Source: Pristiophorus japonicus
Taxonomy: Eukaryota
Length of the DNA stretch: 64,000 bases
Direction of reading: 5' to 3'
NCBI RefSeq assembly: GCF_044704955.1
Contig: NC_091984.1
Span: 145,824,001 to 145,888,000 of the forward strand
Under the pieces are notes generated by a model that worked only from the letters and a program-made list of their open reading frames with translations, had not been told where the DNA came from and made no database searches. Numbering within the stretch: position 1 is the stretch's first letter; each line of letters opens with the position of its first letter. Position numbers and translations under genes: made by a program. Of this stretch, positions 13,098 through 24,780 are shown in pieces.

Positions 13098-13333
13098 TTT
13101 TTTATTTATTTTTTTTATTTAATTCGTAGCCAATCGTTCCAATTCTTTGTCAAATCACAAACGCCAGAGGTCACCTTGCACACGCCAAGGATCACTCTGC
13201 GCCAATGCTCTTAGCCAAAAGGCCTAGAGCCACTGCACCGTTCCTGGAAGTACTGCAATACCAGGTTCGTGCCATGGAGGTGGATGGGTCAGGTCCCCCA
13301 CACACCTCCGTGGAGGTGGATGGGTCAAGCCAC
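13098..13333 (-). mobile_element. U2/U1-chimeric SINE, 5'-truncated (copy S2)
   Basis: Same 3' part and A-rich tail; 17-bp TSD ccaaaaggaaacctttt at 13081-13097 and 13334-13350. Confidence 0.88.
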
Positions 13334-13356
13334 CCAAAAGGAAACCTTTTACATCT

Positions 13357-14724
13357 TTTTTTTTTTTTTTTTTTTTTTATTTCAAAATATACTTTATTCA
13401 TAAAAAAGAATCTGTACAGTACATTCGATGGCATTTCATTACATTTCGCTGCGGTCAGCAATCCCATACAATACATCTGGGTGCCGACGGCAGTTTCGTT
13501 CGTTACATTTCTCGTTTTTCTGTTCAACTGCGATTCAGTACAATAAACAGGGTACATTGTGGTACATTTACACAAATTTCATTTCATGTGTTACATTACA
13601 GAGCCCGGAATGGGTGATGGTACATTTACATTTTTTTTCCTTTTCAAACTTGCATTTCATAACACACCTTACATTGTACATGGCACTACATTGATGTTTA
13701 CAGGTTTGGTGCTCTATGTACACAAAGTGTAAATTTCAAATACAAATACAGCCCGAGGGAGTTTGGTGCTGATTTCTGCCCCCGGGTTTTCCGTGGCGGA
13801 AGGGTTTTAGACTGTGGCCCTACCCCACCGTGCCTTTGCGGCGACTGCACCAATTTTCAGTGCGTCCCTCAGCACGTATTCCTGGATCTTGGATTGCGCC
13901 AGTCTGCAACATGCGGACGTGGTCATCTCCTTGTTCTGGAAGACCAGCAAGTTTCGGCAAGACCAAAGGGCGTCTTTGACCGAGTTGATGGCCCTCCAGC
14001 AGCAGGTGATGTCTGTCTCGGTGTGTGTCCCTGGGAACAGCCCGTAGAGCACAGAGTCCTGTGTTACGGAGCTGCTTGGGATGAACCTCGACAACAACCA
14101 CTGCATCTCTTTCCAGACCTGCGTCGCAAAGGCGCAATCCTGAAGGAGGTGGGTGACAGTCTCGTCCGCCCCGCAGCCGGCCCGGGGGCACCGTGCCGTG
14201 CTGCTGAGGCGTCGGCTGTGCATGAACACTCTGACGGGTAGGGCCCCCCTCACCGCCAACCAAGCTGCGTCTTGGTGCTTGTGTGTAAGCTTTGGCGATG
14301 AGACGTTCTGCCAAACAAGTTCGACAGTCCGCTCAGGGAACCACCCGACAGGGTCCACCGTCTCCTTCTTTCGTAGGGTGTCCAGGACCTTACGTGCTGA
14401 CCACTGTTTGATGGCCTTGTGGTCAAAGGGGTTTCTTTTGAAGAACTTTTCCACAAAGGACAGGTGGACAGGCATGGTCCAACTGGTGGGGGCGTTTCGC
14501 GGCAGCGTGGCCAGACCCATCCTTCTCAACAAAGGGGACAGGTAGAACCTCAGCACGTAGTGACACTTGGTGTTTGCGTACTGGGGGGCTGTGCATAGCT
14601 TGATGCAGCCGCACACAAAGGTGGCCATCAGGATGAGGGCCACGTTCGGAACGTCCTTTCCTCCACTGTCCAGAGATTTGTACATCGTGTCTCTGCGGAC
14701 ACGGTCCATTTTGGATCTCCAGAC
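13357..14724 (-). mobile_element. Tx1-clade (L1-group) non-LTR retrotransposon, 5'-truncated, with an intact 300-aa ORF2 C-terminus
   Basis: ORF 13807-14709 with zf-RVT motif WLAVRGALP..CPRAGCGADETVTHLLQDC; 3' UTR with AATAAA and long poly(A); TSD aaccttttacatct at 13343-13356 and 14725-14738. Confidence 0.88.
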
Positions 14725-15139
14725 AACCTTTTACATCTATTGCAGCAAGCAACTACTTCAATAAAATACCCAATCGAAAAGCTTAACTCCAAACTTGCCT
14801 GAATGATGTGTGCATCCCTTTAAGTGGTACGGTCAATGCTTCTGTGAGTCTGCTTACACGCTGGGTTTATCCGGTGTGGTTTAGGATCCAGCACTGAACT
14901 CCGTGCTCGGGTCAAAGTTCACCATGGTGAAGGTCAGTGTTGCACACCGACTGACGTCACAACTCCGCCATTTTACTTTGAAGGGCGATATTCCATAACA
15001 GCAGCACTGCAGGGCCTGGGAAAATGGAGAACACCGTGGAACCCACCACCCGCTGGCAAAAGTGCAGAGGCCACCCTCTTTGACCCACTTTTTGCCGGCA
15101 ATGTGTGGTGTAAAGCGCTTGAATTTTTGCGCAAAGCAA

Positions 15140-15600
15140 TAATGGAAGATCACGACCAATGCATCCAGTATCTCTTTAGCCACCTCTTTTAAAACCTTAG
15201 CATCTAGGTTATCAGCTATATGGGATTTATCAAATTTTACTCTCAATAATTTCTCCAGTACTGCTCCTTTACTAATACTAATTGCTTTAATTTCCTCATT
15301 CTCATTAGACCCTTGTTTCCCCACTATTTCCAGGATGCTTTTTGTATCTTTTTCTGTGAAGGCAGATACAATGTATTTGTTTAATATCCTTACCATGTTC
15401 ATATACCCCATTATAATTTCTCCTGTCTCTGCCTGTAAGGGACCCACGTTTACTTTCGCTGAGCTCTTCGTTTTTCTTGAACTATAGAAGCTTTTATAAT
15501 CCACGTGTATGTCCCTTGCTAGTTTACTGTCACATTGTATTGTGCCGGGGTCAATTCCCTGATCGTCCTTTGCTGAATTCTGAAATCCTCCCAAATCTCA
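15140..15600 (-). mobile_element. CR1 LINE fragment
   Basis: NVGPLQAETGEIIMG...VLKEVAKEILDALVVIF. Confidence 0.8.
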
Positions 15601-15700
15601 GGCTGACATTTTTGTCATCCAGAAATTCTCCTTCACCTGCGAAGTTCTGTTCTAACCATGGTTGTGTGCTTTCACTCTCTACATATGTCCGGTCAAAAGC

Positions 15701-16858
15701 CTGTTCCCAGCTCTCACACTCTATCTATGACCATCCACACTCTGTTCCCAGCTCTCACACTCTATCTATGACCATCCACACTCTGTTCCCAGCTCTCACA
15801 CTCTATCTATGGCCATCCACAGTCTGTTCCCAGCTCTCACTGTCTATCAATGACCATCCACACTCTGTTCCCAGCTCTCACTGTCTATCTATGACCATCC
15901 ACACTCTGTTCCCAGCTCTCACTGTCTATCTATGACCATCCACAGTCTGTTCCCAGCTCTCACACTCTATCTATGACCATCCACAGTCTGTTCCCAGCTC
16001 TCACACTCTATCTATGACCATCCACAGTCTGTTCCCAGCTCTCACACTCTATCTATGACCATCCACACTCTGTTCCCAGCTCTCACACTCTATCTATGAC
16101 CATCCACAGTCTGTTCCCAGCTCTCACTGTCTATCTATGACCATCCACAGTCTGTTCCCAGCTCTCACACTCTATCTATGGCCATCCACAGTCTGTTCCC
16201 AGCTCTCACTGTCTATCTATGACCATCCACACTCTGTTCCCAGCTCTCACACTCTATCTATGACCATCCACAGTCTGTTCCCAGCTCTCACACTCTATCT
16301 ATGACCATCCACAGTCTGTTCCCAGCTCTCACACTCTATCTATGACCATCCACACTCTGTTCCCAGCTCTCACACTCTATCTATGACCATCCACAGTCTG
16401 TTCCCAGCTCTCACACTATCTATGACCATCCACACTCTGTTCCCAGCTCTCACTGTCTATCTATGACCATCCACAGTCTGTTCCCAGCTCTCACACTCTA
16501 TCTATGGCCATCCACACTCTGTTCCCAGCTCTCACACTCTATCTATGACCATCCACACTCTGTTCCCAGCTCTCACTGTCTATCTATGACCATCCACACT
16601 CTGTTCCCAGCTCTCACACTCTATCTATGACCATCCACAGTCTGTTCCCAGCTCTCACACTCTATCTATGGCCATCCACACTCTGTTCCCAGCTCTCACA
16701 CTCTATCTATGACCATCCACACTCTGTTCCCAGCTCTCACACTCTATCTATGACCATCCACACTCTGTTCCCAGCTCTCACTGTCTATCTATGACCATCC
16801 ACACTCTGTTCCCAGCTCTCACACTCTATCTATGACCATCCATAATCTGTTCCCACCT
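15701..16858 (+). repeat. 41-bp minisatellite (ctgttcccagctctcacactctatctatgaccatccacact)n
   Basis: About 28 near-identical tandem units, period 41. Confidence 0.95.
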
Positions 16859-16899
16859 CACACTCCAGCAGTGCATGAGGCAAAACGTTTTAAAGGATT

Positions 16900-17270
16900 G
16901 CCCCTGGCCAACCTGAACTCACATCTTTCTCCAATTTCGCTCCGATCTCCCCTCATGCTCTCTCCGCCAACTTCCTGACCGTGTGACCACTTCCTGCTCC
17001 CTCGACCCTATTCCCACTAAACAGCTGACCACCCAACTTCCTTTTCTGGCTCACTTGTCAGCTGATGTGGTTAATGGTTCTCACCTCAGGTACTTTCCTC
17101 TCCTTGAAATCTGTGGCTTTCACCACTCTCCTCAAAAAACCGACCCTTGATCCCTCCCTTCCCGCCCCATCCTTGCAAACTACCGTCCCATCTCCAACCT
17201 CCCTTTCCTGTCCAAAGTCTTTGAACGTGATGTCATCTCCCAAATCCGTGCCCACCTTTCCCAGAACTCC
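16900..17270 (+). mobile_element. L2 LINE RT fragment
   Basis: LLKKPTLDPS and nucleotide pattern aactaccgtcccatctccaacctccctttcctgtccaaa (NYRPISNLPFLSK). Confidence 0.75.
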
Positions 17271-18689
17271 GGAAGATGATTTTTTGATATCATCGTTGCT
17301 AGATTTGGAATGAAGTGTCTGTGCTTCACTGTCGGTGTAATAGACAAGTTTGTGCGATTGTGAAAGTGAGCAGTGCTGGGGGGAATTGTGAAGTCATTCA
17401 CTTTGGTAGGAAAAATAGAAAATGCAAATTGTTGTTTAATGGTGAGGAACGATGAAATGTTGTTGGTCAGGGGGACTTGGGTCCGTATACATGAAATGCA
17501 GCAATGCAACATGCAGATACAGTGAACAATTAGGAAGGTCAATGATAAGTTAGCATTTATTGCTAGATGGGTGGAGGACAAGTGTAAGGAAGACGTGCTG
17601 CAATTGTACAGGGCCTTGGTGAGACCACTGTAGGATGATGGTTTCGTCCTGGATTAATTTGTAGCAGCCAAGAACAATTAGTTAACACTACCAGCTTCTT
17701 CTCAGAGTTCGACACTGGAAAATAATGACAAGACACCAATAATATAGTTTCCACTTAGTGAGGAGTCTTTACTGAGTCTGATCAACCCGTTACAACATTA
17801 CATCTATCAGTCTGTCCCTTGAACTAATTCGCTACGTTATAGTTACCAGTTCTTCAGTTCCCTGCGTGCTCACGACCGTCCCTGTGGTCAGCTGACGTGC
17901 CGTGATGTGGGTCTTCTGATGACTGACCGGGTCTCCCTTCTTTGACAGCAGCCGTGTTCCCACCCATCTTTGCTGAGCCTCTGCCTCAGTTTCCCTGAGC
18001 ACTCACGATCGACCCGATGGTCTGACAGGTTCATGGAGCACAGCTCTGATGACTGACCACGTCACCCCTCTCTGACTACTGTGGGCTGCTGTTACATCAT
18101 CTGTGTGTTTTGTGCCTGCTTTTTCTCAGGTGTTGTTTCCATGGTTACTGCCACTCATCGAATCCTTCCTTTGATCCATCGATGATCTATCTTCTGTGAG
18201 CAGACATTTAGCACTTTGGAAACTGGCCTATTGTCTAGTCTAGTGCTATCATTGACCTCACTGTGCTCAGTATTGGTGTTTACATTTCTACAAAGGTTTG
18301 GTCGCTATCAGTGTTTACATGTCCACAAAAGGTTTATTAAAGTTAATATTTTTTCCGTTGTGTTGGGGTTTCCCTTATGGTTACAGTTTGTGTGGTTTTA
18401 CATTTCCACAAAAGGTTTCTTACAGTCCTATTGTGTTGGGGTTTCTCTACAGATTAACATTGAGCATTTTAAACAGCAGTCTCCAGGATTTCTTACAATT
18501 ACTGAAAGTCAGTATTTACAGCTTTCATGTTTTAAGCATTTTATACAGAATGTTTAAAAAGGTTAATCACAGAGTTTGGTTTCCTGGGCCTTACATTGGG
18601 TTCAAGCCCGACACCACACCTGGAGTACTGTGTACAGTTTTGGTCTCCGTAACTGAGGAAGGATATACTTGCCTTAGAGGGGCTGCAAC

Positions 18690-19312
18690 AATGGTTCGAG
18701 GATCTCCTCAACCAAGGATCTGTCTTTGACGTGAGTGTCCTTGACTCCATCCCACAGCAAGCTGCCCACCACCACCTCAGCACAATCCCAGCCCGGCATG
18801 AGGATGAAAAGGCCATCCGACAACTGAAGAACAACAAGGCCTCAGGAGCAGATGGAATCCTTGCCGAAGTACTAAAGCATGATGAAGAAGTACTCTTGAC
18901 GCAAATCCATGACCTTATCTCTCTTACCTGGAAGGAGGAGAGCACGCCTGGGGATCTCAGAGACGCCATAATCATAATCATCTTCAAGAAAGCAGACAAA
19001 TCCGATTGCGGTAATTACAGAGGAGTTTCCCTGCTGTCTGTCACTGCAAAGAGTATCGCAAGAATCCTCCTCAATCGTCTCCTCCCAATGGCTGAAGAGC
19101 TCCTTCCAGTGTCACAATGTGGATTGTGCCCACTAAAGGACACAACAGACATGGTCCTCACCACACATCAATTTCAAGTGAGATGCAGGGAGCAGCATCA
19201 ACCTCTGTACATGGCCTTCTTTGACTTCACAAAGGCCTTCGACTCTGTCAACCATGAGGGATTATAGAGTGACCTTCTCAAATTTGGCTGTCCAAAAAAT
19301 TTGTCACCATCC
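18690..19312 (+). mobile_element. RTE-clade LINE RT fragment
   Basis: KASGADGILAEVLK..GDLRDA..KSDCGNYRGVSLLSV..SQCG..YMAFFDFTKAFDSV. Confidence 0.8.
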
Positions 19313-19319
19313 TGTCCTG

Positions 19320-20052
19320 AATATACTCAAAGACTGAGCCTCCACAGCCCTCTGGGTAGAGAATTCCAGAGATTCACCACCCTCTGAGTGAAGAAGTTTC
19401 TCCTCATCTCAGTCCTAAATGGCCAACCCCTTATTCTAAGACTGTGACCCCTGGTTCTCGACTCCCCAGCCAGAGGAAACATCCTCCCTGCATCTACCCT
19501 GTCAAGCCCTGTCAGACCTTTGTATGTTCCAATGAGATCACCTCTCATTCATTCAAACTCAAGAGAATATAAGCCCAGTCTACTCAATCTCTCCTCATAG
19601 GACAATCTCCACATTCCAGGAATCAGTCTGGTGAACCTTTGTTGCAGTCCCTCAATGGCAAGTATATCCTTCCTTAGGTAAGGAGAACAAAACTGATTCA
19701 CCAGGGCCTAATATAATTGTAGTAAGATGTCTTTACTCTTATGCTCAAATCCTCTTGTAATCAAGGCCAACATACCATGTGCTTTCTTAATTACTTGCTG
19801 TCCCTGCATATTAACTTTCAGTGATTGTTGTACAAGGACAGCCATATCCCTCGAAACACCAACAATTCCCAATCTTACCATTTAAAACATACTCTGCTTT
19901 TCTATTTTTCCTACCAAAGTGGATAACTTCACATTTCTCCACTTTATATTCCTTCCGCTATGTCTTGCCTGTTCACTTAGTCTGTCTATATCCCCTGGTA
20001 GTCTCTTTACATCCTCCTCACAACTTACATTCCCAGCAAGCTTTGTATCATC
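19320..20052 (-). mobile_element. CR1 LINE 3' portion
   Basis: MRGDLIGTYK..RMFPLAGESRTRGHSLRIRG..FFTQRVVNLWNSLP. Confidence 0.85.
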
Positions 20053-20590
20053 AGATTGATGAGAATCAGGAGATAGATTCCTGGGATGAGTGGGTTGTCC
20101 TGTGAGGAGAGATTGAGTAGATTGGGACGAGACTCTCTGAGCTTGAGAACAATGTGTGGTGATCTCATTGAAACACTTAAGATTCTGAGGGGGGTTGACA
20201 GTATAGATGCTGAGAGGTTGTTTCCCTGACTGGAGAGTCTAGAATTAGGAGGCATAGTCTCAGGATAAGGGGTAGGCCCTTTAAGACTGAGAGGAGCAGG
20301 AATTTCTTCAGTCAGAGGGTTATAAAACGTTGCAATTTTCTACCTAGAGGTCTATGGATGCTCAGTCGTTGAGTATATTCAAGGCTGAGATTGATAGATG
20401 TAAGGAGGCCATTTCGGCCCATCATGTCCACGCCGGCCGACCAAGAACTATCCAGCCTAAAAATAGATAGCGCGGGAAGGTGGAGTTGAGGTCCAACTTC
20501 AGCCATGATCTTATAGACCAGTGGAGCAGGCTTGAGGGGCTGTATGGCCTACTCCTGCTGCTATTTCTGTTGTCCTTAGCTTATGTTCCT
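20053..20590 (+). mobile_element. CR1 LINE 3' end fragments
   Basis: gatctcattgaaac...gagtctagaattaggaggcatagtctcagg and CR1 3' UTR tail. Confidence 0.75.
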
Positions 20591-21177
20591 ATGATTCTAA
20601 CAGTGCTCCAAGCAAATGGCCAGGAAGTCCTTTAATTTTATGAGGACTGGCAACTGGAATAAGTCAGCGGGCAAACATGATAGGGCAGTGGTATTTGGAA
20701 TGTACAAAATGTGGTCTCCAATACTTTCATTATTTGCATTGGTCAATATGTAAAAAGGGCACCAAGTATTGTATCATTCAGGTAGTCCCCAGACTGTGTC
20801 AGAATCAAAGAATTTTGTGAGATTGGGACAATGTTTAAAGGGGTGTCAAGGACAGTAGTCATTTAGGGCGTCCCCAAATGAGGTCACTATTTAGGCTCTC
20901 AGCGACAGTGAGTCAGCGTATAAAGGGATGCCGAGGACAGTAGACAGTCAGGGAGTCCTTGAACTGTATCAGTGTTAACAGGGGTTTATGAGAGTGTCTC
21001 AGTTTATAAAGGTGTACCAAGTATTTCAGAAATTCAGGGCAACCCCAGGCAGTGTCTCTATCACAAGACTTTACAGGAATTGTGCAGGAAATTGGAATTG
21101 AGGTAGAAGATCAGCCATGATCCTCTTGAGTGGCAGAGCAGGCTCGATCAGTTGAATAGCATGCTCCTGCTCCTATT

Positions 21178-23432
21178 ATGGTAGAATTCTTTATTACGAT
21201 GGAGAGTGAGACAGTTAATTCAGAGACTCGGGTCCTGAACTTAAGGAAAGGTAACTTCGATGGTATGAGACTTGAATTGGCTAGAATAGACTGGCGAGTG
21301 ACACTTAAAGGGTTGACAGTGGATAGGAAATGGCAAACATTTAAAGATCACATGGATGAACTTCAACAATTGTACATCCCTGTCTGGAATAAAAAATAAA
21401 AGGGGGAAGGTGGATCAAGTGTGGCTAACAAGGGAAATTAAGGACAGTGTTAAATCCAAGGAAGAGGCATATAAATTAGTCAGAAAAAGCAACAAACCTG
21501 AGGACTGGGAGAATTTTATAATACAGCAGAGGAGGACAAAGGGCTTAATTAGGAGGAGGAAAATAGAGTCTGAGAGGAAGCTTGCTGGGAACATAAAAAC
21601 TGACTGCAAAAGCTTCTTTAGATATGTGAAGAGAAGAAGATTAGTGAAAACGAACATAGGTCCCTTGCTGTCAGATTCAGGTGAATTATAATGTGGAACA
21701 AAGAAATGGCGGACAAGTTAAACAAATACTTTGGTTCTGTCTTCACGAAGGAAGACACAAATAATCTGCCAGAAATACTAGGGGACTGGGGGTCTAGTGA
21801 GAAGGAGGAACTGAAGGAAATCCTTATGAGACGGGAAATTGTGTTCGGGAAATTGATGAGATTGAAGGCCGATAAGTCCCCGGGGCCTGACAGTCTGTAT
21901 CCCAGAGTACTTAAGGAAGTAGCCCTAGAAATAGTGGATGCATTGGTGATCATTTTCCAACAGTCTATCGACTCTGGATCGGTTTCCATGGACTGGAGGG
22001 TAGTAAATATAATACCATTTTTTAAGAAAGGAGGGAGATTGAACATGGGTAATTATAGACTGGTTAGCCTGACATCAGTAGTGGGGAAATGTTGGAATCA
22101 ATTATTAAAGATGAATTAGCAGCACATTTGGAAAACAGTGATGGGATCAGTCCAAGTCAGCATGGATATATGAAAGGGAAATCCTGATTGACAAATCTTC
22201 TTGAATTTTTTGAGGATATAAGTAGTAGAGTGGACAAGGGAGAACCAGTGGATGTGGTGTATTTGGACTTTCGAAAGGCTTTTGACAAGGTCCCACACAA
22301 GAGATTGGTGTGCAAAATTAAAGCACATGGTATTGGGGGTAATGTACTGACTTGGATAGAAAACTTATTGGCAGACAGGAAGCAGAGAGTCGGGATAAAC
22401 GGGTATTTTTCAGAATGGCAGGTAGTGACTAGTGGGGTGCCGCAGGGCTCAGTGCTGGGACCCCAGCTATTTACAATATATATAAATGATTTGGATGAGG
22501 GAATTGAGTGTAATATCTCCAAGTTTGCAGATGACACTAAGCTGGGTGGTGGTGTGAGCTGTGAGGAGGATGCTAAAAGGCTGCAGGGTGACTTGGACAG
22601 GTTAGGTGAGTGGGCAAACGCATGGCAGATGCAGTATAATGGATAAATGTGAGGTTATCCACTTTGGTGGCAAAAACACGAAGGCAGAATATTATCTGAA
22701 TGGCGTGGCGGCAGAGTAGGAAAAGGGGAGGTACAATGAGACCTGGGTGTCATGGTACATCAGTCATTGAATGTTGGGATGCAGGTACAGCAGGTGGTGT
22801 AGAAGGCAAATAGTATGATGGCCTTCATAGCTAGGGGATTTGAGTACAGGAACAGGGAGGTCTTACTGCAGTTGTACAGGGCTTTGGTAAGGCCTCAGCT
22901 GGAATATTGTGTAAGTTTTGGTCTCCTAATCTGAGGAAGGATGTTCTTGCTATTGAGGGAGTGCAGCGAAGGTACACCAGACTGATTCCCGGGATGGCAG
23001 GACTGACATATGAGGAGAGACTGGATTGACTGGGCCTGTATTCACTGGAGTTTAGAAGGATGAGAGGGGATCTCATAGAAACATATAAAATTCTGACGGG
23101 ACTGGACAGGTTAGATGCGGGAAGAATGTTCCCAATGTTGGGGAAGTCCAGAACCAGGGGACATAGTCGAAGGATAAGGGGTAAGCCATTTAGGACTGAG
23201 ATGAGGAGAATCTTCTTCACTCAGAGAGTTGTTAACCTGTGGAATTCTCTACCGCAGAGAGTTGTTGATGCCAGTTCATTGTATATATTCAAGAGGGAGT
23301 TAGATATGGCCCTTATGGCTAAAGGGATCAAGGGGTATGAAGAGAAAGCAGGAAAGGGGTACTGAGGTGAATGATCAGCCATGATCTTATCGAATGGCCT
23401 ACTCCTGCACCTATTTTCTATGTTTCTATTTC
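21178..23432 (+). mobile_element. CR1 LINE, about 2.2 kb of ORF2 plus 3' UTR, frameshifted
   Basis: Consecutive ORFs with [49 protein letters not shown]; ends in (ttctatgt)n. Confidence 0.93.
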
Positions 23433-23452
23433 TTATACTCTTATTATAAATA

Positions 23453-24250
23453 CAACAACAAAAACGTACCTTTATATAGCATCTTTAAAGTAGTAAAACA
23501 ACACAAGGCACTTCACAAGAGCGTTATCAAACAACATTTGACACTGAGCCACATAAGGAGATATTCGGGCCGATAGCCAAATGCTTAATCAAGGAGGTAG
23601 GTTTTAACGAGAGTCTTAAAGGAGGAAAGAGACGGAGCCAGGCAGAGAGGTACAGGGCGGGATTTCCAGAGCCTAGGGCTTCAGCATCTTCAGGCACGGC
23701 AACCAATAGTGGAGCCCTTATAATGGGAGGTGCACAAGAGGCCAGAATTGGAAGAGCACGGCTATCTGCGAGGATTGTAGGGCTAGAGGATATTACAGAG
23801 ATAGAGAGGGCCAAAGCTATGGAGGGATTTGAAGATCAGGATGAGAATTTTAAAATCCAGGCAATGCTTAACAAGTATCCAATGTAGGTCAGCGAGTACA
23901 GGGGCGGTGGGTGAACGGCACTTTGAGAAAATTAGAAAACGGGCAGTAGCCCTTTGGATGACATCAAGTTTACATAGAGTAGAATGTGGGAAGCCGGCCA
24001 GGAGAGCACAGGAATAGTCAAGTCTAGAGGTAACAAAGGCATGGATGGGGATGTGTTGAGGCAGGGGCAGAGACGGGCGATGTTACAGAGGTGCAAATAG
24101 GCAGTCTTAGTGATGGCACGTGTTCAGAAGCTCATCACGTGTCAACTATGACACCAAAGTTGCAAACTTTCTGGTTCAGCTCAGTCAGTTGCAAGGGAGA
24201 GGGGTGGAATTGGTGGCTAGGGAACGGATTTTGTGATGGGAACAAAGACA
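23453..24250 (-). mobile_element. L2 LINE 3' portion
   Basis: caacaac...ctttatatagc..taaaacaacacaaggcacttcac tail and L2-type 3' body. Confidence 0.7.
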
Positions 24251-24780
24251 ATGGGTGAGAAATTATTTATATCCAGGAATGGGCGGTATCATTTGAAAAG
24301 TTGGAGAATTAGCGGCAGGTGCTAATGCTTTAGACTGTACGCAAAATTCATGCTGACCACTCAAATAAATGATTGGAGCGCTAATTCAAGTCTTTACGCC
24401 CAAGCTCATTGGCATTACACTCAAAAGGTGGACCAATATCACGTGCAGTTTAATTGACAGTCATCATTTTCACCGGCTGGTTCCAGTTCTTAAAGGGGAG
24501 GTTGACTGATTCTGCAGAAGCTCATTCTCAGCATTGCTGGCTGTGCAGCTGCCTCAGCAAGGAGCAGGACAAGGACAAGGAGCCAGAGGACAGAAGCAGC
24601 TGTACTCATGGCAGATCCACGTCCCAGAGAGAGAGCCTGCACATTCTGCAATGAAGCATTCGAGGCATTGGCGTTCACTATGTTTATCCCGTCCAATATT
24701 TCACTCTCTTCCTCCTTATCTTCAATGTCGGCATGGTCCCCCTCTTTTTGAAGATCGACTCAAATTATTCATTAAGTACC

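Noticed and set aside
13357-14724. Keno/Utopia-style element inserted specifically into a U2 gene
   Set aside because: The TSD (aaccttttacatct) is not U2 sequence, and the neighbouring U2-like DNA belongs to separately inserted SINE copies.
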